Positions 46,418 to 58,626 of a DNA stretch of 64,000 nucleotides are shown here, one piece after another. Where the stretch lies: contig JBLDXI010000029.1 in assembly GCA_047495785.1 (NCBI GenBank), positions 2,914,001-2,978,000 on the forward strand. Direction: 5' to 3'. The DNA comes from Lepidodermella squamata. Lineage: Eukaryota > Animalia > Gastrotricha. How positions within the stretch are numbered: the first letter of the stretch is position 1; every line of letters starts with the position of its first letter. The notes under the pieces are model-generated. The model was not told where the DNA came from. It made no database searches and saw only the letters and a program-made list of their open reading frames with translations. Both the position numbers and the translations under genes were made by a program.

Positions 46418-47645
46418 TCAGTTGGGCAGCATGCGGAAGCCCTGTTCGCCGTCGAATCGCGGATAGATAACGCCCTGGCACATGTAGACAACGAAGCGGT
46501 TGTTCTTCTCGTACGAGATCAGATCGTCGACGAGTCGGCCGAAAAAGTTGACCTGGCGATCCTTGCCGAACTTGCGGACAAAGAATTTCGAATACGCACC
46601 GTCCTATAATTAAGTAGAACAAAAAAATTAGGTCAAATTGGCGCACAGTAAATCAGATTTTTTAGGCATTATAATATTTTGAAAGTTGAAAATTTGAAAA
46701 AATTAAAAAATTTGAAAAATTTGAAAAAAATTTGAAAATTGAAAAAAATAAAAAATTGAAAAAATTGAAAAAATTGAAAAATTTGAAAAATTTGAAAAAT
46801 TAAACAAATTTGAATTTACGGACATGAAAGGAAAACTGATTTCGAAGTAGGAAAAAATGAAAAAATTGAATAATTCATATTTTGAAATTTAGAAAAATAT
46901 TTAAATTTTGAAATTTTGAAAAATATTATTTCCATAAAAAAATCTCGGATTTTTCACAAAATTCTGCAAAATCGAGAATTTTACGAATATAGGAAAATTT
47001 TGGAAATGACCGTAAATATTTCAAAAAAAGTTTAAAAATAAAGCATTCATGAAACTTTACCTGGAACATGAAGGTCTTTTCCTCGATAGCCTCAGTGACA
47101 TTGAACGCAATCGGCGTTGGTTCATAGGCCTCGACGGGCGAGAAAATCTCGTCCTTGAGCTTCATGAAGTGCTCAGCCGGCACGTAAGTGCGATGAGTCG
47201 AACAGTCGGTCGCATTCGCCTTGGGCAGGTCACGCTCGAGCAAATCCAACGGCGAACAGCCGCCGAAGTACTTGCGCTTATGGCACTTCATGTTCAACCG
47301 CGTCATTTCAGCAAAAACTTCATTGCCACCCGCGCAACTGCGATCGGCGCACAGGTGCTTATCGCGAAATTCGATGGCAATGTCGCCGAATGAGCCGATG
47401 ATAGCTTTAGCAGTGGTTTCGAACAGTTCGATCGACGAGCCGAGTGCGATTGATAGCTTGGCGTCGGCGCCGCACGGCGATGCCTGCGAGATCGAGTTGG
47501 CCGCGACCGAAATCGAGCCGACGAGTTGGATGGGCGCACGGCGGCGCGACGCCTCGCGAATCGCACTGTCGATAGCCTGCTCTTGCGACATTACACTTCC
47601 AGCCACCATGAGAAGAAAAACGCAATAAAAATTGAACAGCATCAT
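46418..47645 (-). CDS. Orphan secreted Cys-containing protein (exons 47645-47061, 46603-46418)
   Basis: Signal peptide MMLFNFYCVFLLMVAGSVMS; GC-rich exons against an AT-rich intron; in-frame junction FMFQ|DGAYSKFF. Confidence 0.72.
46680..46815. repeat. AT-rich ~9-bp tandem repeat (AAAA(A/T)TTGA) in an intron
   Basis: aaatttgaaaaa..aaattgaaaaaattgaaaaaattgaaaaatttgaaaaatttg. Confidence 0.7.
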
Positions 47646-48823
47646 GATTTATTGTTAACCGCTCTTAACCGCAGATAAAACTGAACAAAAATGTGTGTAT
47701 GTAGTGAGATGTGTTGTAATGATATTAACTGAATTTTAAGGTGGATTTTGCGTGGGTTTTATAGCGCGAATTAGGGCGCGGAAAAGTGTGATTTCCAGCG
47801 CACGCGTTTGAAACGTGTGCAGTCAAGCGTGTGTTGTCTGCTCGTTGTGTTTGTTTTCATTTGACAGCCAATTGTTGCCGGACCGAATAACCAGGACTAA
47901 TATAAAAAAAGTTCAAAATCATTCAAAATTTGATTTTTTTGTTGATTCAATAGAAATGCTTTGAATTAGATTCTAGTAAATTTCTGCACGATTCTGAATA
48001 AAATTGAAGTTCCAGTTCACTGCTCAAGTGTCACTGCGCAATTGACGCTGTTGAGAAGTCGTAAAACCGTGGCGTGGATCATAATTAACGTCAAAAGCCA
48101 TATTTTAAGGAAATATTAAATTAGGCATTAAATTAGATTCTGGAACTCCGCAGTTAAATTGCCCATGTAAAACTTGAAATAACGATCTTTATTTGAAGTA
48201 TTTTCACATTTTTTTCCAATATTTTTCGCAAGAATTTGAAATTTAAATTTTTTCATTGCTAGTTTGAACTTCGAAAAAACGATTATTATAGTCGTAGTTG
48301 ACTAAAAAATTGGATAGTGAGGGTACTGAAACCGGAATATCTTTTAACGGAACTAAATTTGTCTTTTGCGGAAGCTTACTCGAAATATGCCAAGAGACAC
48401 TTTTTGAATAATTCTATAAATTCGTGGCGAAGCATGAGTTCTGAATTGAAAGCTCATTCTTATAGAGAGTAGTACGCTGAATTTAATAGTGATTTTTTCA
48501 GAATTACTATGGTCAATCTTGACACCCAGAAAATATCCGAAAAGTGATTTTAGGCTTCTAGAAACTTCCAAAATTTGGTTCCGCTAACAGGCATAGTTAC
48601 ATTCTAGGTCGCCATTCCATTTTCAGCTTTATCAATTTTTTTGCATCGAAAGCCGTCCCTATAATAACAGTTGGCCGTTGATTTTCGAAGTTTCATCAGG
48701 CATCACTGCCGATTTTAAATCTTCTAGATCTCATCTAGAAGGCTGATAACTTGGCTAGAACTGAGAAAACTTGGCATTATCAATTTTGCTGGGGAAATCT
48801 GGGGTCTTGACCTATAGGTTAAA

Positions 48824-48920
48824 AGGTCCCTAACCTTGGATTGAACTTCATGAATTTATAAAAAATTTATAAAAAATTATTTTCATAAATTCATGAAGTT
48901 CGATCCAAGGTTCGGGACCT
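48824..48920. repeat. ~97-bp hairpin, probable small MITE
   Basis: aggtccctaaccttggattgaacttcatgaatttat and ataaattcatgaagttcgatccaaggttcgggacct. Confidence 0.7.
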
Positions 48921-49937
48921 ATTAGGTTTCCTGAGCTTTCCAACCCTATTTTCATGTGTTTTGCCTGCAAATTTTATCATAAGAAGTTATCTCAGCTTTC
49001 TAGATGAGCTATGATCCTTACTCAGGTTTAAATCAGAATATTACTGAAAAGAAATCGAATATTACGTGACCGGAAATCCGTTCAAGTACGAATGAAAAAT
49101 ACGTTAAAAAAACGCATACGAGTATCCAGTCAGCAGAAAAAATTATTGTCCTCAGCGTTCAACTTTTTCATCCTGCTTTCAATTTATCATTAAACAAGAT
49201 TTTACACGTTGTTACGACCGCAATCTGGCCGTTTTTTGATGACCGCAGGCATAAAGAAGTATTGTCAAAAAAAAACGAAAAAAAACTCTTGGGAGAAAAA
49301 CAAGATTCTCGTGCCGGTGAAGGGGTTTCCTACCCGCTGACCACGAAATTACAGGTATATGAACGCATGTTAAGATCTCTTGACAAAAAAAATGCAGAAA
49401 AAATGACCACCTCCTTATTACGCAGGCAATTAAAATTCGCGAAGTCGTGTGAGGGCTATTAGAATTAAAACGCTTTTTCTTGAAGTAATAAAGATTGAAA
49501 CTTATCACAATATTATTATTACCCACAAATTTTTTTCCACCATCATTATTTAGATGGAGGTGTAATAAGGAATCACACGTGCCGACACGAGAGTAAAGCT
49601 TGATGAGCTGTTATACAGGTATAAAATTGATGCTTGGAAATGCAAAAAAGAGGCGTGCGTAGATGATGGAAAAAAAAAGTCATGACCATTTTTGTGGCCA
49701 TTAAAATAACAAAAATGCGCGTAAAAGCGTGATATTTAGCTGTAATGTAAGATCTACTAATTTATCAAGGGATTTTCACGATTAAGCTAACCGCATGTCA
49801 AGTCCCTCCTAATGCCTAAATAATTTGCACCTGCCCATTGAAAATTTAATTGTTTTGAATTTCGTAACTTGAATAATTTAAAAAAATTGGATTTTTCTTA
49901 ATTAATTTGTGAATTTTTATGTTAGGGCTTTCAAAGA

Positions 49938-52900
49938 ATGGAGCGCCTTCGAAGTTTCGCGCTGGTCGCTATTTTTATTATGAATAATTTTTCAATGGGA
50001 ATAGCGGCGAATTTAGAGCGCGACCGGCGAACTGTCGACGATCCCAATGTTGGCTGGCTGGTATTCGGCGGATCTTTTGCTCAAAAACACGAATTTCCGT
50101 GGATGGTAAGCATCTTGAAATCTATTTACTAATTTTTAGATAATTTTTTAAGATAATTTTCTAAATTTTTCTGAATTTTTATCAAAGCCTGAAAATTACA
50201 AAAGTCTCAATACTTTGAAATCTCGATCCAATATTGGTGATCTGATTGAAAACTGAAGGTTGAAAATCAGCTCAAAAATTCAACACAATTTTTTAGACAA
50301 AATAGAGCGATTTCCGCTTTTCTCTGATTTTTTTAGAATTTTTTCGAATTTACCGGATTTTTTACAATATAAATGTAATAAATCAGAAATTTCGCTCATT
50401 TGCATATTCAAAGGCCTCATGAATTTCAAACCTCGTTGCTTATTTTTACTTAAATTTATCATTTTTAGTTTACTTTATCATTTAGAACTTTGTTGTAGTA
50501 AAGGGAAGCCATTTATCAGTTGGATCACGTCATAATATGGTAATTTACCAAAAACCTCGAAACTCCAAATGTTCAGCCTTAGGTTTTGCAGGCCTGAAAC
50601 TAGCATGTTTTTCAAACCGGAAATCCTGTATTTTTTACTGCAGTTTTATGTTTAATTTATGAAAAAATCTAGGTTCGACTTTATACCGATATTCCTAATA
50701 CGGACACATTTTCATGCGGCGCCACGCTTATCGACGAGCAGTGGATTATTACAGCCGCTCATTGCGTCTCAACCGGAAGAAACAAGGCGGACAGTGTGCG
50801 CGCCTACCTGGGCAAACACGACCTATCTGTACCCGGCGAGGCTGGTGAAGAGTACCGAGCAGCGTCTTCGGCCGATATTTATGTTCACCCAGATTTTTAC
50901 GCTGGCGCCAATACCGATCACGATTTCGCTTTGTTAGTTTTCTTAAAAATTGAAATTTCAAAATTTTATATTTCGTATTGAATAACTGAAAATTTGAAAT
51001 TTGAGAATTGTCTTATTTTTAGCTAATTTTAATTTTTTTATTTAATTCAAATTTATTTTAAAATTTCTGATTTTTTTCTAAAATTTTGGAGAATTTTGAA
51101 TTTACTTTTGAATTTTAATTTAATTTAGAATCCGTTTAAAATCTCCTGTTCGTCGATCTCGAACGATTTCACCCATCGACCTGCCCGGACCCGATAGCTG
51201 TATGCCGGATGGTTCCTACTCCGACTACGACGATGAAATCGACGGCTGCTCCGAGGCCATCGCAACCGGATGGGGCCGCCCAGGGCCCGCCGACTACATG
51301 TCGTACAACTTGAAAAAAGTCACACTCAGCTTCATCCCGTTTTCAATCTGCAGCCGGACCTTCGTTAAAGACTACTTCAGCCAGGCGAAGATGTGCGCCC
51401 GAGGCAGGGCGGGTGAGCAGACGTGCCGGGGCGACTCTGGAGGCCCGTTGGCTTGTTATAGCAAACCGAAGCCTTTCATCATTGGAATCACGTCCTATGG
51501 CAATATTAACTGCAATGACACAACGGGAACCAAACCGGCAGTTTATTCAAGGTATTGAAAAGTGTAAAAATGTCAATGAATTTTCTAAAATTTCAAAATT
51601 CAACAAAATTGAATTAAAATTTGAAGCTCAATTCCGGGCCCATATTAGTTCCGTCCGTCCCCCAAGCGTCGGTTGCGCAATTGGAGGGTAAAAGTGGACT
51701 TCACGCAAAACGCTAAGTCGAAATTTTAAACAAAATTTTGGCCGCGCGCGCTGATGTCAAAGGGGAAGTATCAAATATCCTAGCGGTTTTTATTCCAAAA
51801 TGAAGCTTAATTAATTCTCTATCAATTGAATATGGGTGTCTCGCGCGAAAAAATTAAAATTAAAAGGTTTTCCGCGCACTCTAACTTTTCATTTGCGCGT
51901 GTGCACGCTCCGGAACACCGCGCGGAATTTGGAGTGCGCGTAAAACTTTTTTATTTTAATTTTTTCGCGCGAGAACACCATATTCAATCGATAGAGAATT
52001 GTCCGAATTATTTTTTAGTATAAAAACCGACGCGATATTTGAAAGTAACCCTCTGTCATCTTTGCGCGCGGTTTTGAATTTGTTAAAAATCAGAACTTGG
52101 CTCATGCGCATCAGTTGAATTATTTTTAACAAATTCAAAACCGCGCGCAAAGATGACAGAGGGTTACTTTCAAATATCGCGTCGGTTTTTATACTAAAAA
52201 ATAATTCGGACAATTCTCTATCGATTGAATATGGCGTTCTCGCGCGAAAAAATTAAAATAAAAAAGTTTTACGCGCACTCTAAATTTTGCGCGCTAGTTG
52301 AGAGCGCGCGCACTCGCTCCACAAAAGTGAAGATGTACGTAAAACTGTTTTCCGTTCTTTTTTCACTCAAGAAATCCATATCTATTCGATAGAGAATTTT
52401 CTGAATCATCGTTTGGTATAAAAACCGCCCAAATAATCAAAACTTGCCCTTTGACTTTACCGCGCGCGGCCTTGAAATTTCTAAAATTTTCGACTTAGCA
52501 TTTTGCGTTAAGTCCACTTTTACCCTCCAATTGCGCAACCGACGCTTGGGGGACGGACGGAACTAATATGGGCCCGGAATTGAGCAAATTTGAAATTGAG
52601 AGAGTTGAATTAAATTAGAATTTTCGTTTTGTTCAATAACATTTTGAAAAATTTGAAAAATTTCCAGAAATTCAAATTTCATGTTTTCATGATTTTTCGG
52701 ATTTTTAATAATTTGATGAATTTAAAAAATTGATTAAAATATTTCTGATTTTTTATGGAAAAAATAAAACAGCCGTTCACTGATTTTTTTCTTTAATTAA
52801 GAATTTGCGCTGGTTTACCTTGGATTCGATCCGTCATGGACGAATGGGCGAATAAAACTGGTTCATGGGCGCGATCATCGGCGCGGCCACCAGCGTCATA

Positions 52901-53872
52901 CACCACGCAATTGCCTTTCATCGACAGCGAAATAATCGCTCAAATTTACGACCAGTCGCCTAATAAAACATCAAACAGCTCGCTATTCACGCCGCCGAAC
53001 GACCCAACGGCTAATTGCTCTGACCCAGATTACGTCATTTTAAAGCTGCTTACAGGTCAAATGACGTCATGCCCTCTCGCGACCTTGAATAGAAATGTTG
53101 GCAAATTAGCGTTATTCAACGCGATTCGAGCTGATTTATCGAGTGTTGTGCGGCTGTTAATTGACGATGGTAAACTCGACGTGAATTCTGAAGAGTCCTA
53201 CCCGGATTACGGCTACACCCAACCTGCCCTCATTGTCGCAGCTCGATGGGACAGGCCGGCTGTTGTCGGGGTTTTATTAGACCGGAAGGCTAATATCCAC
53301 GCCAAGGATAGTTATTACAAGCGGACGGCGATAAATTGGGCGATTTGTGAGCGAAAACCGCGGGTTGTTTCGATTTTACTGCAGCGGGGTGGTTCGGTTA
53401 ATGCGAAAGATTGTAAATGTACGGATGAGCCGTGTTCGACTTTGTGGCAAGCCATGCCGTTGGTTCAGGATTCGGGCCAGTCTGGTGGCAGCCAGGCCAG
53501 GGCAGTTGGCAGGACTTACCGATATGATGCAGGTAAAATTCGGATTTTTTTTTTAAATTGATAGAAAAATTTCAGAAAATTTCAAAATTAATTGAAAAAA
53601 ATCTTGAAATTATACTTAAAAATTAATTAAAATTTTTGATTTTTTATTAATCAATTTTTATTTTTTTTTATTTTACAGCTCCTAGTGGAAACTCAACTGA
53701 CCAGGTGCAATTTTGGTATGCCGACCAGCCGAATGGTGGCTCATCGACTTCAAACCGTTCCGGTCAGAAGGTGATTATATCAAACGGAGCGAATCGCCAA
53801 AAATCGCCTCGATTAATTTTATTCACATTCTTAAATTTATCAACATTTTTAATTGTATCCAGACAACGGTGA
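49938..53872 (+). CDS. Secreted S1A serine protease fused to ankyrin repeats with a GPI-like C-terminus (exons 49938-50105, 50673-50931, 51129-51551, 52802-53532, 53679-53872)
   Basis: Signal peptide, RDRR, VFGG, EFPWM, TAAHC, HDFAL, GDSGGP; in-frame splice YSR|ICAGLPWI continues into ankyrin repeats (ALIVAARWD, TAINWAICE); hydrophobic tail LILFTFLNLSTFLIV. Confidence 0.82.
51626..52585. mobile_element. 960-bp Mutator-like foldback element with 9-bp TSD, intronic
   Basis: The whole element is an imperfect palindrome centred at ~52105; perfect ~75-bp terminal IR gctcaattccgggcccatattagttccgtcc...; aaatttgaa at 51617-51625 and 52586-52594. Confidence 0.9.
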
Positions 53873-54076
53873 TTTATTTTTGAGGAATATTCTTTTTATT
53901 TAATGGCTTGTGCTTTGTGATAAATTGTAAATAGCTGTACTTTTCGCCCGGCGATGCAGTCAATCAATCCGATGATTGTTACAACATTGTATAAATTTCG
54001 TTTAAACGCGCTTGAAAAAATTAACCGGTGGTTTATTTAATAAAAAAAATGAGAAATTTTAAGGTAGATTTTTTTA

Positions 54077-55529
54077 TTACATAACAAGTGTGCTATTTGT
54101 TATTCCATTAGCTGCGATCATTGCGTTCAACTGCCGAACGGTGAAAATCAGTAGAACACGGGTCAACCGGTCGGCTTGTTCCCAATCGAGATTAGCCTCA
54201 TTATCGTTGATAGTGTGCCAAACTTTCGGAAACGGATAAGGAATCATGTGCAAAATAGGCACGCTGCGACGCAAAAACGGCAAATGATCCGCCTTAATGT
54301 ACGTCGAACTACTGAGTGCAGGGCTGAAAACTGGCGCGAGGGCGTTTGCTGATGAGTCATTGAATTTTGCCCATTTGCCGCGGAGTCGAGATTCAGCGTC
54401 GCCTAGAGCTTCGAAGAAAGGCAGTGTTTCGCTAAAATAGGACGAGAGCTGCGAATCTGTGGCAATAAAAATTGCAAATAATTTAATTTAGGTCAAATGC
54501 GAAAAGTGTGAAAGTAGGTCAATACCAGTTGCACCGAGCAAATCTAATAGCACTAATAGGTCAATGCCAGAAATTTGGTTCTCGCTATCAAAAAAATTAT
54601 TGAAAAAAATCAGAAAAAATTCAAATTATTATTAAATTTTTAAAAATTTACCGAGTCCATTTAACTGCCAATTTTCGAGCTCCATAGATCGAATCAGTTT
54701 CCGTCCACGATTCGATCGCCTCCTCGGCATCGAAAAATACGAATTGCAGCGCCACATTAGCCCTTCGGAGCAACTGCTGATTAACCGGCCTCGCAAATAC
54801 AGGCCTCAACACATCGGCGATCAGTAATAGCATTCCGCACGGTAGCGCGGCGTCTATGGCGCCGATGAAAGGCAGGCCGGCTAGATATTTCGAGTCCCAA
54901 TGGCAGGATAGGATTAAACGGCGAGTTGTAGGCGAGTAAGGCCTGTTGGTTGCGATTATATTAGCCCCGGTGAATTCAGTACCGTTCGGCATTTGGTCTT
55001 GGAAAACGTGCTCCTCGGTCACATATCGGCGTTCTTTGAAAAAATTGGCCAGATACTAGGAAGGTACACAAATTTGAAAAAATTAATAATGAAAAATTTG
55101 AAAAATTCAAATATATTTTTTAAATTAACCAAACTTCAAAAAATTAAAAAACAAATCCTAAAATCAAATTACCAGGTTAAAATTAAAGTTTTCAAAAATT
55201 CGAAAAAAGTTTCAAAATTTTGGAAATTTCTTAAAAATTACAGTTTTGACTGCTTCATGGCCCTCAGAATTGAGATGTCTGACTCTCAGCATCGGTTTCG
55301 TGAATTGATAAAGCTTCTGGCGGTCGTACAAATTATCGAGGGTTGTAATCTCATCATCGGTTAGTCTGTCTGGAATAGCTGCCAAAGCTTCAAGCCGCGT
55401 CTTAAAGCAAATCGAATCAATCAATCGATAAATTTTCGAATCACGGTTGCAACTCACCAATGCAGCCTTGGATGGTAAAATGTAACATGAACTCAAAAAA
55501 GTAGCAAAGAGACTTGGGAATAATTTCAT
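54077..55529 (-). CDS. QPCT: Glutaminyl-peptide cyclotransferase-like protein (M28 fold), secreted, multi-exon
   Basis: Signal peptide; CHWDSK; GAIDAALPC; FFDAEEA; DSIYGAR; LLDLLG; ADHLPF; PFPKVWHT..D. Confidence 0.88.
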
Positions 55530-55958
55530 TTTTTTATCCAAGAGATATGCAATTTTAACTTTGCCACCCTTGTAACGTGTGCAGGTGCAATATTATTAGC
55601 TACGTGTAGGCGTTTAGGATTAAAATTCATCTTCTCATCACCATTTACGGCTTGGTAAAAAAATAATCTTTTTGGTTAGACTATTAGCCATTTTTTGGAG
55701 CCCTAAACTTGGATAAATTCAAAATCTTTATGGGCCGAGGAAAATAAAAATGAGCTCTTTTTTCAAGCATATGGAAACCTACCTCGAAAGGTCCCAACCG
55801 TCTCAATGGAAAATCGCCCTCAGTCAATAACCTTTGATTTTCTGGACAATTGATTATAGTTTATTAGTTAATAGTACATGCAGGTTATATAGGTTATATA
55901 GGAGACAATAAATATGGTTTTTCAGCAGTGATGAAATGGCGGAACATTTATTGGGTGG

Positions 55959-56526
55959 TTAGTCAAGGCCGACATCCAATAAAGCACCGCCAAAGGGTGT
56001 CATTATCATAAGTCGCAATCGATATATCCCGGGAATAGCAACAATCCCTGTTTCACCCTGTGGAGCGATGGTTTGAAGTCGAAATCGGAAATATGGACCA
56101 AATTCGTAAAATTGATGTTCAATTAATAGGTTGACCTGCAACTGGAAAATAGGCAAACAAAAATGCGAAAAATTAGTAAAAAATAGTAAAAAATAGCTTT
56201 AAATTGATAAATTAATTTAATTTAATTTATTTATTGGACACCTGGAAGTTCACTGGACTTCGAAACCATCTATTGCCATTGATTTCCTGAGGCGAATGCA
56301 CAATTTCTTCTATCTCTTCTTCCGGCGGGTTATTATCAGTCACGCTTGGCTGACTTGGGACCAGTTGTTGCTGGCTCGGCTGTGATTGCGGCGGTAACTC
56401 CAGGTCGGCATTTTGCATTTCCTGGAACGGTTGACGGGCCGGCACAATAGCTTTATTGCTATTGGCGAGCGAAGCGTTCTCATTGTTATTGTTTTCATCA
56501 GCGTAATTTTCAGAAATAGGATCCAT
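55959..56526 (-). CDS. Small orphan protein with a disordered Q/N/E-rich N-terminus and beta-rich C-terminus (2 exons)
   Basis: ORFs 56227-56526 and 55959-56156 join through a GT-AG intron (VNFQ|LQVNLL). Confidence 0.55.
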
Positions 56527-58626
56527 GAGACAGCTTCAAATTGCTTCAAACTGAAAATTAATTGTAAATAATATTTTCTGACACGCTTCAGTTCAGTTGG
56601 AAAGGATGATATGTGGATTTTCCAGCCTATTACTCCAAATCAAAATATAACAAATTGTTTAGAATTTTTTTATATTAAAATTCTTATTTTTGATTTATAT
56701 TGCTCTTGTGCGAAGTTACCACCATGAACGGTGAATGTGTTCATTATGTGCTACCTATTTTATTACTATATAATAAGCGCACACGGGCACATGATTGACA
56801 TGCGCGCGTAACAGGCGCGGTGCTGTAATAAAGTAACGACCGATTAGTGTAAAAAAATATGCGAGTGAATGTTACAGTTTAACGTTTATATTTCACGCAC
56901 CCTTAACGAAATTTAAACTATCAAATTAGAAAAATGGATGGACACGCTCAAATTAGTGCTGCGGGATAAATTCAATTTTTTATTGCTGCACTTCCAATAT
57001 CGATAATACAATTCGGTTATTTCTGTAGTATCAGCAATCAGCAGCCTGCAGAGCCAACCTTGAAAATATTTCTAGGTACCTGAGGTCACCAAATAGCGAA
57101 AATGAAATATCCAAGGGGCGAAGGGTGCATTACAAAATTTCAAAAATAGATAAATGGGATTCGATTTCAGGACTCGATTCAAAGGCTACGTAAGTAATAC
57201 CAGTTATCACTTGGAGGAATAGAGACTTCAACTTAGCAATACATTATTAAAACCTTATCGCGATACAGTTCGCCGATTTGACGAGTCAAAATGCTAAAAA
57301 TTGCATTTGCTCATCATTTTTGTCTTATAACGTCCGTTAAATCGCGTCTTCTTGAAAATCCGTTGACGCGGCTGAGTAGCCAGTGTTTCTAGGAGCATTT
57401 TGATATTATATAACAAGCCCACTAATCTCTTATAATAAAATACGCGGCGGGTGTTCTCATTGAACAGCGCGTTTTGTCACGCGCCTCCTTGTCAAAACGC
57501 GCGCGCCTATTGTTAACGGCGGGTGGTGACACAATGTGGTTATCAAATTTAAATAGAGCACATCATGTTAGTAATTGTCACAGAAATTCATTAATTTAGT
57601 CCACGCGTAAACCTACTTTTCAGTCGCTGAAAATATGCGCACACAGAGTGTTTGAATTTGATGGGAAAATGAGTGAGTAGGGCTAACTTTAAACTGGCGT
57701 AATTCAGGTGTATTTGAAAACGGAAAATGCGCAAGTGAGCTCATAGCGCGACTTCGCCCCTTTATATACCCTGTGGTTGACCGCAATTAATCATTTCCTT
57801 GTTAAATTGAGGCAATTAAACCTTCAAATTGTTCGACATTATGACATAATTTCGACGTTTTTCTGACATTTAAGACTACCTGCCACGAAATTTGATGGAT
57901 TAATTGCTTAATTGATGGATATGTTACATAACTTGATTAGTTTCAATCGCCATTAATCAAATACTTGACAGGTATACTCTAAAATTATGACATTTTAATG
58001 GCTCAATCAACCACATTAAGTTGTGCAACATAGTTTTATTGCACCTGATTTCTGAGCGCGCTGATTGGTTCACGCGTGCATTAACCGCGCACGCTGATTG
58101 GCCAATTCAATTTTCACACTAAATTTTATTAGGCGCTGAAATTATTGCGCGCAATATATTATATTATGCGCGCGAGTGTCAAAATGCGGATTATTGCGTT
58201 AGAGTGCGGCTATTATGCATTTTCCATAATTATTGGTACCTAATATTTTTATAGCTCATTTATTTTAAGGCGGCGTTGTTGAACCAATGATGAGTTTTTG
58301 ACCTGTTTTGTGCCCAATTTTCAGCCCCGCATCTTTGATTGCAACAGTCTCCCGTTTTTCCTATTATTCAAGGTGGAATAAGTGCAAATCCTATGGGGGT
58401 GTAACGCGATACCTAATATCCGCGCTCAGCTACTCAATCATATTTGTCAATGAGAACGCGCGAGTGTTTATCGCCATATACAACTAATGACCCATGTTTA
58501 CCACCTATTGTCCTGATATAAGTCGCGATAGCCTCTTCACTTGACAACACGAAAAACCATCGTTATAAACAAAAGTCTTATAACCGGACGCGCATCATAT
58601 TTTCCGCGCGGCTCATTGCAGTTATT

